DNA from: a virus
Lineage: Duplodnaviria > Heunggongvirae > Uroviricota > Caudoviricetes
Length of the DNA stretch: 64,000 nt
Virus record (IMG/VR): IMGVR_UViG_3300028886_000053
Strand: one strand, 5' to 3'
A program made the position numbers and the translations under genes. Under the pieces are notes generated by a model. The model was given only the letters and a program-made list of their open reading frames with translations. It made no database searches and had not been told where the DNA came from. Of this stretch, positions 33,465 to 42,512 are shown piece by piece; position 1 is the stretch's first letter, and every line of letters starts with the position of its first letter.

Positions 33465-35431
33465 TTTATTAGGTTCAAGAAATCTTCTTCAGTAAGGATT
33501 GGAATATTTAACTTTTTAGCTTTTAAATTCTTACTTGAAGTAGAATCTACATCATTATTAATTAAATAATCCGTTTTTGAACTTACTGAATCAGTTACTT
33601 TTCCGCCCTCTTTTTCAATTGCGGCTTTTATTTCATTACGGTTTTTAAAAGTTTTTAATTTACCTGTAATAACAAATGTTTTACCTTCTAATTTTTTCGA
33701 TACCGAAATAGAAACAACCGGCCGCATCTCTATTATATATTTTTTAAAAATAGAATCTGCTTCAGTAAAATCATAATCAAGTAAAGTTTGAATCATAACT
33801 TCACCGATTCCTGCTATCTCATAGAGTTCTTGACTATTGTTATTAACAGCTTCTCGAAAAGTTTTATAATTTCCAAACTTTTTAGATAACGCTTCAGAAG
33901 CCACTTTACCAATTAATGGAATACCAATAGCACAAATAAATTTAGCAGTAGGACTTTTTTTACTTCCTTCTATTGCATTTAATATTTTATTAACAGATAT
34001 TGTACCAAAACCAGGTTTATTTGCCCATTCTGTTTTATGCTCTTCTAATTTAAAAATATCTTCGATACTATCGAGCCAACCATAGTTAATAAGTTTTTCA
34101 AGAGTAACTTTAGATAATCCTTTTATATCTAATCCTTTTTTACCACAAAAATGGTCTAAACGATTAATTAGTTTTCCATTGCAGTTTGGATTTTCACAAT
34201 AGGCTCTTGTAATACCATTTTCTTCTTTAAAAGCTATTTCTCCATGACAAATAGGACAATATTCGGGAGCATCATTTGCAGAAATTCCTCCCTTTGCAAT
34301 AATTTCTCCATAATCATATTTAGGACCAGCAGAATAAATCTGAGGAATTATCATGTTGCTTTTATAAACTTCAAGAGGCTCTCCAACATATGCACAATCT
34401 CCTAACGTTTCTTTCATAATACTAACATTATGAAGAGAAGCACGAGATACTTCTGCTCCATCTATCTCAATAGGGTCAAATACTGCTACAGGAGTTAAAA
34501 CTCCTGTTCTGCCCATTGTCCAATCAATATGGCGGAGTCGTGTTGAATATGTTTCATCATAAAATTTATAAGCTAATCCACCTTTAAAATGATGGTCAGT
34601 GCGGCCTGCTTTATCATATTCTGCAATATTATCGTATTTAAAAACTACTCCATCAATAGGATAAGAAAGTTGTTCACTCATTTTCTTAATACTATCAATA
34701 TAATTTTCAACTGGAGTTAAATCTGTTCCATCACCATTTATAAACATTGGAACAACTTCAAAATCATATGTTCTTAATGTAGCTAGATTATTAGATAAGA
34801 ATTCATATTTTCCACCTTTTATCATATCCCAAGCTACAAAAGTAAGATTTCTTTTTGCACATTCTTTTGAATCAAGTAATCTAATACTGCCGCTTGCAAA
34901 ATTTCGTGGATTTTTATATTCATTTTTAAAAAATTCAAAATTATCATAAGTGCAAATAATTTCTCCATCAATAATAATATCTTCTTTTCTTTTAATTGTT
35001 TTTGGGATAGAGGGAATTACCAATGCGTTATGAGTAATATCTTCTCCTTCTATTCCATTACCACGAGTTTCCGCAGATATAAGTTTACCATCTAAATAAT
35101 GTAGTGAACATGTTAAACCATCCATTTTTGCCATAATAACCCAATCATGTCCTTTAATAAATGATTTAACCGTCTCTATATCTTTAGTTTTATCAAGAGA
35201 AAGCATGGGGTGATTATGTTTAACTTTTTTAAGTTCTGAAACTTTCTTATATATAATAGTTTGAGTAGGAGAATTAGGTAAAGTATACCCAAGTTCCTTT
35301 TCAATATTTTTTAATTCATAATACCATTCATCCCATTGAGAATCTGTTAAATAAGGCTCTCCTTTTTCATATGCTTCAGTAGCTTCATTCATTTGTTCTA
35401 CTAACCACATCATTCTATCTTTTTTATCCAT
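33461..35431 (-). CDS. ligA: NAD-dependent DNA ligase with BRCT domain
   Basis: HPMLSLDK, AKMDGL, TRGNG..GEDIT, DGVVFK, GRTGVLTPVA, a Zn finger and a C-terminal BRCT; start placed at MDKKDR. Confidence 0.93.
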   Translation of the reverse strand: MDKKDRMMWLVEQMNEATEAYEKGEPYLTDSQWDEWYYELKNIEKELGYTLPNSPTQTIIYKKVSELKKVKHNHPMLSLDKTKDIETVKSFIKGHDWVIMAKMDGLTCSLHYLDGKLISAETRGNGIEGEDITHNALVIPSIPKTIKRKEDIIIDGEIICTYDNFEFFKNEYKNPRNFASGSIRLLDSKECAKRNLTFVAWDMIKGGKYEFLSNNLATLRTYDFEVVPMFINGDGTDLTPVENYIDSIKKMSEQLSYPIDGVVFKYDNIAEYDKAGRTDHHFKGGLAYKFYDETYSTRLRHIDWTMGRTGVLTPVAVFDPIEIDGAEVSRASLHNVSIMKETLGDCAYVGEPLEVYKSNMIIPQIYSAGPKYDYGEIIAKGGISANDAPEYCPICHGEIAFKEENGITRAYCENPNCNGKLINRLDHFCGKKGLDIKGLSKVTLEKLINYGWLDSIEDIFKLEEHKTEWANKPGFGTISVNKILNAIEGSKKSPTAKFICAIGIPLIGKVASEALSKKFGNYKTFREAVNNNSQELYEIAGIGEVMIQTLLDYDFTEADSIFKKYIIEMRPVVSISVSKKLEGKTFVITGKLKTFKNRNEIKAAIEKEGGKVTDSVSSKTDYLINNDVDSTSSKNLKAKKLNIPILTEEDFLNLIN

Positions 35432-35436
35432 TATAT

Positions 35437-35616
35437 TTACTCCGTATAAACTGTTTGATTGCAGTAGGGGCATGCACAATAGTAATATTCTTCATTATAT
35501 TGACTGCCCCGTTTATATTCATCTTTTTCTGCTTCAAAAATACAACCACATTCTTTACATTCAAAACGTTTAATTTTTTTTAATTTTTTTAAATCGCCTT
35601 CTTTAATAATTTTCAT
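35437..35616 (-). CDS. Zn-ribbon protein (59 aa)
   Basis: FECKECGCIFEA...CPYC; absent from ORF track; ends in TAA. Confidence 0.65.
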   Translation of the reverse strand: MKIIKEGDLKKLKKIKRFECKECGCIFEAEKDEYKRGSQYNEEYYYCACPYCNQTVYTE

Positions 35617-36185
35617 AATCTAATTCCATTCTTTTCAACTCTTTTTTCAATAGTAGCTCTATGCGCAGTAGTAATATTTTTTAATATCCCACTTTCAATA
35701 AGACCTTTTAAGTTTAAAGGGAAATATCCAAAAACATTTTGAGCTAAATTTAAATGGTAAGAATCTCTGTAAAATTCTCCGCTATGGTCATGCCCATGAA
35801 TATTTAGACAAACTGGCGTCTGAAAACCAAAAGTAATTTGCAATGGTTCGTGAGATAAAACAATTTTTTCTGCAATCCAAAGAGGACCAGTATATACTTC
35901 TTCAAAATATTTTTCCATTTGAGTTGGAGCAGTATCATGATTTCCCGTTAAAAGAATTTTATGACATTTTAATTTGTTCATATATTCTGGATTTCCAACA
36001 TCTCCTAAATGAATAAAGGTGTCATTTTTATGACAATATTCATTTAAAAGATAGATTTGTTCTTGTTCAGAGATTTTATATCCCATAAATTCTCTATCGT
36101 CATCCTCAAAGTGTGTATCTGAAACAAGATACACACTTCCTTTTTCAGACCAATGCTGAAATGGTTTATATAATGTTTTAATCAT
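35613..36185 (-). CDS. Calcineurin-like metallophosphoesterase
   Basis: SDTHF, HLGDVG, GNHD, LSHEP and NIHGHDH motifs. Confidence 0.85.
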   Translation of the reverse strand: MIKTLYKPFQHWSEKGSVYLVSDTHFEDDDREFMGYKISEQEQIYLLNEYCHKNDTFIHLGDVGNPEYMNKLKCHKILLTGNHDTAPTQMEKYFEEVYTGPLWIAEKIVLSHEPLQITFGFQTPVCLNIHGHDHSGEFYRDSYHLNLAQNVFGYFPLNLKGLIESGILKNITTAHRATIEKRVEKNGIRL

Positions 36186-36194
36186 CTTTTCTCC

Positions 36195-38534
36195 TTAAAC
36201 AACAATAGCAGATTCAACTTGACTTCTTTCAATAATTTTAGTTCCACTACCTAATTTAGATTGAATTGAAATTTCTTTTACTGGAACACAAATTGAATTC
36301 GGCTTACCTGCTATTAAGATAGCATCTTCTTCTGAAGCTTTAAGTGCGGCCGCCACATAATCATCAGAGTCTAGCTTCAATGCCATATTACCACGACCGC
36401 CGCGGTTCTGAATAGTAAAATCAGAAATAAGCATACGCTTACTCTTTCCTTTTTCTGTAATTAATACAACATAATCATCTTTAGAAGAAAAATTAATTGC
36501 TCCAGTAATACCATCTCCATCTCTTAAATTAATTCCTTTAACTCCACTGGTTAATCTACCAATAGGTTTAATATCATTAAAAGTAAATTTGATAGCATAT
36601 CCCTGTTCAGTAACAAGAATAATTTTCTCATTATCATTCATAAAACGAACAAAGGCAAGTTCATCATTATCTTTTATTTTAATAGCTTGAATACCTGTTG
36701 TCTTTTTAGTATTAACATATTCTTCAAATTTTGTCTTTTTTATAAGACCATTTTTAGTAAAGAATACCACATAATCTGCGGGTTTTTCTCCTTTGGCAGA
36801 TGCAATTTCTTGGATGATTTCCTTATCATCTAGTTTTAAAATAGTTTTAAGATTAACTCCCCTAGATGCATTAGTTCCTTCAGGAATTTTGTCTACATTC
36901 AAGCGATACATTTTTCCTTCAGAAGTAAAAATCATAAGGGTATCAACAGTATTTGTTGCTAGCATTATTTTAGTAGATTCGGAAGCTGTTTTAACACCTA
37001 CTCCACGTCTGTGTTGTACTTTAAAACTTTTCTTAGGAATACGTTTTACTTCATTTAAATTATTAATGATAACGACAACATCCTCAGGTATAATTTCAGC
37101 CTTTTCTTTTTCTTCTTTTGTTACTTCAATTTGAGCAAGTTCTGTTCTACGAGCATCTCCATATTTATTCACTAATCCTTGCAAACGAACTTTTAATATA
37201 CCAATTTGTTCATCTCGATTATCTAAAATTTGATGAAACATAAAAATTTTATCATTTAAATCTTCTGCTTCTTTATTTAATTCTACTTTTTCCAGTTTAG
37301 CAAGAGAAGATAATCTCATTGCAAGAATTGCTTTAGCCTGGTTCTCTGTAAAATTATATTTAGCTATAAGATTGATTTTAGCGGCTGCCGCACTTTCAGA
37401 TGCTTTAATTAAAGCAATAATATTATCAATATCTTCAAGTGCTTTAAGTAGTCCATTAACAATTTCTAATCTTGCTTCTGCTTTTGTTAAATCAAAATTA
37501 CATTCTTTAACAATACAATCCAGATTATGGTCAACATAAATTTTAATTGCATCTTCAAGATTTAATTCTGTAGGAGTTTTATCTATCAGAGCAACTTGAT
37601 TATAACTGAAAGAAGATTGAAAATTAGTTTTATTATATAATTTTGCAACAATAGAAGAAGGGTCAACTCCTTTTTCACAAGTTACAACAATTCTAATCTT
37701 CTTAGAACTTTCATCATGTATATCTGAAATGCCTTCAATTTCTTTATCTTCACAAGCTTTACCTACTTGTGCTATTAACCCTTCTATTGTTTCTCCATAA
37801 GGTACTTCATAAAAGATAATTTTATTTCCTTCAATATTATATCTGGCTTGAATTTTAACTGTTCCATGACCAGTTTTCATAATTTTAGGAATATCATCTT
37901 TATTAATTATTAATCCGCCAGTCGGAAAATCAGGACCGTCCAACATAGGAGTAATGCCATCCAAATAATCAAACACTGCTTTTGCGACATCATTAAGATT
38001 ATGAGGTGCCCAATTGCATGCCATAGCGACTCCTATGCCCGTGTTAGGATTACATAAAAGGTTTGGAAAAACTGCTGGAAGTGTTACAGGTTCCCCCAAT
38101 GTTTCATCATAATTTGGAATAAAATCTACATTATTCTTTTTAATTCCATTTAACATTCCTTCTTCTGCTATTTTGCTAAGGCGGGCTTCGGTATAACGAG
38201 CGGCAGCTGGCCCATCTCCTGCAATATTTCCATTATTACCATGCCAATCAATTAGAGGGTATCTCATTACCCAAGGTTGAGAAAGTCGTACCATTGCTCC
38301 ATAAATACTGGAATCGCCGTGAGGATGATACGCGGCCATTGTATCTCCTACAATCCTAGCTGCTTTTACATGAGGCTTTGAAGAGAGACGTTTATTTTCA
38401 TAAGCACTCCATAGAATTCTTCTAGCAACGGGTTTCAATCCAGATTTAGCATCAGGTAGAGCTCTATCGCAATTTACGGCTGCGGCGTATTCGATAAAAT
38501 TTCTTTTTAATTCATTTTGTATATCATTAAACAA
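36195..38534 (-). CDS. gyrA: DNA gyrase/topoisomerase IV subunit A
   Basis: RALPDAKSGLKPVARR, YHPHGDSSIY, AAARYTEARL catalytic Tyr, and C-terminal beta-pinwheel repeats. Confidence 0.9.
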   Translation of the reverse strand: MFNDIQNELKRNFIEYAAAVNCDRALPDAKSGLKPVARRILWSAYENKRLSSKPHVKAARIVGDTMAAYHPHGDSSIYGAMVRLSQPWVMRYPLIDWHGNNGNIAGDGPAAARYTEARLSKIAEEGMLNGIKKNNVDFIPNYDETLGEPVTLPAVFPNLLCNPNTGIGVAMACNWAPHNLNDVAKAVFDYLDGITPMLDGPDFPTGGLIINKDDIPKIMKTGHGTVKIQARYNIEGNKIIFYEVPYGETIEGLIAQVGKACEDKEIEGISDIHDESSKKIRIVVTCEKGVDPSSIVAKLYNKTNFQSSFSYNQVALIDKTPTELNLEDAIKIYVDHNLDCIVKECNFDLTKAEARLEIVNGLLKALEDIDNIIALIKASESAAAAKINLIAKYNFTENQAKAILAMRLSSLAKLEKVELNKEAEDLNDKIFMFHQILDNRDEQIGILKVRLQGLVNKYGDARRTELAQIEVTKEEKEKAEIIPEDVVVIINNLNEVKRIPKKSFKVQHRRGVGVKTASESTKIMLATNTVDTLMIFTSEGKMYRLNVDKIPEGTNASRGVNLKTILKLDDKEIIQEIASAKGEKPADYVVFFTKNGLIKKTKFEEYVNTKKTTGIQAIKIKDNDELAFVRFMNDNEKIILVTEQGYAIKFTFNDIKPIGRLTSGVKGINLRDGDGITGAINFSSKDDYVVLITEKGKSKRMLISDFTIQNRGGRGNMALKLDSDDYVAAALKASEEDAILIAGKPNSICVPVKEISIQSKLGSGTKIIERSQVESAIVV

Positions 38535-38537
38535 TTT

Positions 38538-39260
38538 TTAATATTCTCCTTCTTGACAATATTGAAAAATATATCCTTCTTGAGATTTTCTTTTTTTATC
38601 TAAAACTTCTCTAATATGATTTGATTTAAGATTTAAAAATTCTTTACATTTTGTTTTATTTGTAAAAGGTCCAAAAACTTCTCCTGTTTCTATTTTTCTA
38701 GCAATAAAAGGAGTAGTTTTCCCTTTAGCAACCTCTACGCATTCTTGAAGTCTCTATTTTGTAAAAGAATCTTTGCTAATACATATAACTCCATTTGAAT
38801 AATATAATTGATTATTTAACATTCGGTAAATATCTCCTTTACTCATATGATGCTATCTAGCAAACTCTCTTTGATTAAGAAATTCTCCAAGTTTATTACC
38901 TTTTAAATCAAAGGCGTAGAAGGGATGGCTCCCACACTGTTTTAAAAATTTTTCAGTGACTACTATGGTTTCACCACCGTCTTTTGTATTATAACCTTTT
39001 TCAATACTATTGTAATAATTAATCCAATATTTCTCTTTATTATTTAATTCATCTTGAGACTAAGCTTCATCAATAATTTCCCAAATAAAAGATTCTTTAG
39101 GATACTTCCTTAGAGCATTTATAAAATGAGTGTTATATTCATTTATTTGTCTTGCTTTATAATAATGCTTATTTCTTCTTTCTGCTAAAGTTTGAACTGT
39201 TTGACCAATATAAATTTTTTTATTCTATTGGTTTGTAACTTTATAAATTATACCATACAT
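38538..39260 (-). mobile_element. Free-standing GIY-YIG homing endonuclease (240 aa, 4 TAG)
   Basis: MYGIIYKVTNQ*NKKIYIGQT...EKYWINYYNS..KGYN..DGG with C-terminal DNA-binding repeats; inserted between gyrB and gyrA. Confidence 0.8.
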
Positions 39261-39317
39261 AATAAAATTTCTCCTTTTTATTTTTCTAATGTATATAATT
39301 TTTATACAAAGTTAATT

Positions 39318-39350
39318 ATTAATTTTTACCCAATTTGGGTAAAAATTAAT
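39318..39350. repeat. Near-perfect 33-bp palindrome
   Basis: ATTAATTTTTACCCAA-T-TTGGGTAAAAATTAAT at the gyrB stop / endonuclease upstream junction. Confidence 0.85.
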
Positions 39351-41266
39351 TAAATTAAATAAACAGCTTCTTTGCTATGCTCTTTAATGAAAAGCTTTCT
39401 AGGTTCAATTTTAGTCCCCATCAAGTCTTCAAAAAGGTCATCAGTCTCATTTATATCTTCAACTGTAATTTGTTTAATGATTCTAGTTTCAGGATGAATT
39501 AAAGTTTCTTCTGTTTCTTCAACAGACATTTCTCCAAGTCCTTTTAAACGATTTACTATGTATTTATCAGTATGAGTTTTTCTATACTGTTTTAACTCTT
39601 CATCATTTTTTAAATATTTATAACCTTTATTATTAGGTAAAGTTATTTTATAAAGAGGAGGAACTCCTGCATATATATAACCATCATAGATTAATTCTGG
39701 ACAGAAATTCCATATAAATGTGTAGAAAAGATTTTTTATATGACTTCCGTCAACATCGGCATCACTCATTATAATAATTTTACCATACCGTAAATCAGTT
39801 TTATCGTAAGTTACTTTCATTGTTTTAGTATCAATTTTTAAACCAAAAGCTTCAATCATTGTCATAATTTCAGCATTTTTTTGAATTTTATCTAATGTAG
39901 CTTTTTGAGTATTAAGCACTTTACCTCTTAAAGGAATTACAGCTTGAAACTCATTATTACGAGCAGTTTTTAAATTACCCCCAGCGCTATCTCCTTCAAC
40001 TACATATATCTCACATTTACTACGGTCTTTACTATAACAATCAGCTAGCTTACTATCAAATTTAAGAGCCTTCTCTTTTTTCTTACCCTGTTCTCTAGCT
40101 TTTTCTCTAGCCTTTTTTGCGGCCTCCCTAGCCTTTTTAGCATTAATAGCCTTATCTGCAATTAATTTAACTTCTTTTTCGTTATTATTTAACCAATAAC
40201 TTAAATTCTCAGATAAAGCTGCGTTAAAAGGTTTCATATCAATTTTAGTGATACGGCTCTTAACTTGAGCATCATATGATACATTTGGAGCGGTAATATT
40301 AAAGATAATATACATTCCTTCTTGTATATCATCACCACTTAAATTTTCATCTGTAGCTTTTAACCATTTTTTCTCTTTAAAAAACTTATTAAATTCTCTA
40401 GTAATAAGAGTTTTAACTTGAGTAATATGAGGACCATTCTCGGTAAGACCAGTATTGACATATGGAATAATAGTTGAAGAATAATTAGATGTATAAGTAA
40501 GAACCATATCCATCTTATTCTTACCTTCGGCATAATTCATATCGAATCTAGAATCAATCAGTTCTTTAGCGCCGACCGCTGTATCAACTAAATCATGTAA
40601 TCCTCTTGTAGATACATAATCATATATTCTACCATTTTCATCAAGATGTATAGTTAATCCAGGGCATAAACATACTATTGTTTTAAACAAATCATGTACT
40701 TTTTTACTTTCCACTCCAGTGTGAGTAAAAAATTCTTCCGAAGGTTGCCAACTTACATATGTTCCATCAGGTTCATTACTTTTTTTGCCTATTGTATCAT
40801 GTCTTGTATGTAATTCACCCTCTAAGAAAAATAAAGCTTCAGTTTCTCCATCTCTCCAAGTTTGAACTTCCATTTTATGACTTAAAAAATTAGTAATTTT
40901 AGAACCAATACCAAAAGAACCAAGAGATGTTCCTTCATATGTACCATCTTCTCTATATTTACCAGAAGTGTTGAGAACACTAAAAGCAGCTTCAAGAATT
41001 GTTTTACCATCTTCTCTAAAGCTGTTTGGAATAAATCCTTGTCCATAATCTCTTACTGTTATACGATTATTAGCATCATCTATTATTACATCAATCCTAT
41101 TTCCATGTCCAAGTCTGTATTCATCAACTGCATTAGAAATAATTTCAACTAGCAATTGAGTCGAATATGTAGTATCTCCTGCATAAACTCCAGGACGAAG
41201 TCTAGTAAATTCAAGAGGAGATAATGACTCAATTGAATTTTCATTATATAAAGTTTTATCTATCAT
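39350..41266 (-). CDS. gyrB: DNA gyrase/topoisomerase IV subunit B
   Basis: RLRPGVY, EIISNAVDE, VRDYGQG GHKL domain, VEGDSAGG, PLRGK, DADVDG and RLKGLGEM motifs. Confidence 0.9.
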   Translation of the reverse strand: MIDKTLYNENSIESLSPLEFTRLRPGVYAGDTTYSTQLLVEIISNAVDEYRLGHGNRIDVIIDDANNRITVRDYGQGFIPNSFREDGKTILEAAFSVLNTSGKYREDGTYEGTSLGSFGIGSKITNFLSHKMEVQTWRDGETEALFFLEGELHTRHDTIGKKSNEPDGTYVSWQPSEEFFTHTGVESKKVHDLFKTIVCLCPGLTIHLDENGRIYDYVSTRGLHDLVDTAVGAKELIDSRFDMNYAEGKNKMDMVLTYTSNYSSTIIPYVNTGLTENGPHITQVKTLITREFNKFFKEKKWLKATDENLSGDDIQEGMYIIFNITAPNVSYDAQVKSRITKIDMKPFNAALSENLSYWLNNNEKEVKLIADKAINAKKAREAAKKAREKAREQGKKKEKALKFDSKLADCYSKDRSKCEIYVVEGDSAGGNLKTARNNEFQAVIPLRGKVLNTQKATLDKIQKNAEIMTMIEAFGLKIDTKTMKVTYDKTDLRYGKIIIMSDADVDGSHIKNLFYTFIWNFCPELIYDGYIYAGVPPLYKITLPNNKGYKYLKNDEELKQYRKTHTDKYIVNRLKGLGEMSVEETEETLIHPETRIIKQITVEDINETDDLFEDLMGTKIEPRKLFIKEHSKEAVYLI

Positions 41267-41508
41267 ATATCTTCTCCTCTTTCTGAAGCAAGAATTTTAT
41301 TTAAATAAGAAATTAAAAAACTTTTTACTTCTTCTCTTGTTTTTTCATTAGAATGATGTACACAGTTAGGAAGAATAATACAATCTATATTTTTATCTTT
41401 AAAAATTTCAACTAATGAATTAGTTACATCTTGTAGCACATCATAAGATGGAATTGGAAATCCTTCTTCATCTACATCATAATAGAAAATCATATATTTC
41501 TTTTCCAT
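41263..41508 (-). CDS. Hypothetical protein
   Basis: RBS AAGGAG; 81 aa; its stop overlaps the gyrB start. Confidence 0.65.
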   Translation of the reverse strand: MEKKYMIFYYDVDEEGFPIPSYDVLQDVTNSLVEIFKDKNIDCIILPNCVHHSNEKTREEVKSFLISYLNKILASERGEDI

Positions 41509-41537
41509 ATTAAAACTCCTTTTTATTTTATAAATAA

Positions 41538-41566
41538 ATTATATCATAATTTTTAAAAATTTGCAA
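41538..41566 (-). promoter_or_regulatory. Sigma70-like promoter for gyrase operon
   Basis: TTGCAA-17 nt-TATAAT with extended TG. Confidence 0.7.
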
Positions 41567-41638
41567 ATTTCATTCTTCTGTTCATATGTATATAAAAATC
41601 TTGCATTATTTTAGCTCTTGACTTTATATCACATTGAC

Positions 41639-41667
41639 TTGACAACTCTGAAAATTTTTCATATAAT
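41639..41667 (+). promoter_or_regulatory. Consensus sigma70 promoter on + strand with no obvious downstream gene
   Basis: TTGACA-17 nt-TATAAT. Confidence 0.65.
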
Positions 41668-41733
41668 ATAAAAAAGGAAATAAGTCAGAGAGGTGACACG
41701 TATCCGTTTAAATTATATATAGACAAAAAAATA

Positions 41734-41756
41734 GGAGGTAGCATTACACTACCTCC
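41734..41756. terminator. Bidirectional intrinsic terminator after holin
   Basis: GGAGGTAG-CATTACA-CTACCTCC with T-tracts on both strands. Confidence 0.75.
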
Positions 41757-41769
41757 ATTTTTTATTATT

Positions 41770-42063
41770 TTATCCCACATTAGGATTTGCAATTCTACTT
41801 AGTAAATCACTTGCATAATTAGAACCTCTACTTATTACAATTCCTGTTAAGAAAGTTCCAATTATAGGATTTACCATCATTCCAAGAGCTTCAAAGGCAT
41901 TTGCTCCAAAAGCAAAAGCGATAAGAACTCCAATTATAATACTAATTAATTGAGTAATTCCTGTTTTCTTTTCTCCAGTCTCAAAAGCCTAAGCAATTGT
42001 TTTACCATACTAGATAAGGCCTTCTACAAGAACGGCCGCCGCGATAATAACTCCAAATTCCAT
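41770..42063 (-). CDS. Holin (97 aa, 2 TAG)
   Basis: Three hydrophobic segments and a GIVISRGSNYASDLL motif; last gene of the lysis cassette; absent from ORF track. Confidence 0.75.
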
Positions 42064-42077
42064 AATTATTTTCCTCC

Positions 42078-42491
42078 TTAATTACCTAATTTAAAATCAT
42101 TCTTTTCTAAATGTTCTTGATAATCATTCTTAATATATTCAATTGTTGCTTCAGTTTGATGATTTTTAAATCTAGGATGTAAATCACAATAATTAATATA
42201 ATTTGTAATATCTTGCATAACTTGTGTATAACTATCAAAACTATGATTCCATCCTTCAAGAATCTCATCCATAAATTTAAGAATACGGACACGACATGCG
42301 ATTGCGCCTCTTTCACTTAATTCATCATCAAGTTTATCAATTTTTTCATCTAGTTTTTTAATCATATTAAGAATCTTTTTTGAGCAATCTTCTTTATTAT
42401 CATTGCGCTGAACAAGAAATTGTATAAATCCCCATAAGGCATTTGAACCTATTACAGCAACAATGATTGCAATAATTATCTACTTATCCAT
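42078..42491 (-). CDS. Single-TM lysis-cassette membrane protein (holin/antiholin-like), TAG at codon 4
   Basis: MDK*IIIAIIVAVIGSNALWGFIQFLV followed by a coiled coil and R.RILKF.DE; lies between lysin and holin. Confidence 0.6.
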
Positions 42492-42512
42492 TTTATTTCC
42501 TCCTATTTATAT

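Noticed and set aside
13471-41266. Introns or inteins in nrdD, dnaE, ligA or the gyrase subunits
   Set aside because: The ORFs are continuous, of ordinary length, and I saw no intein-like termini or embedded endonuclease; the GIY-YIG gene is intergenic.
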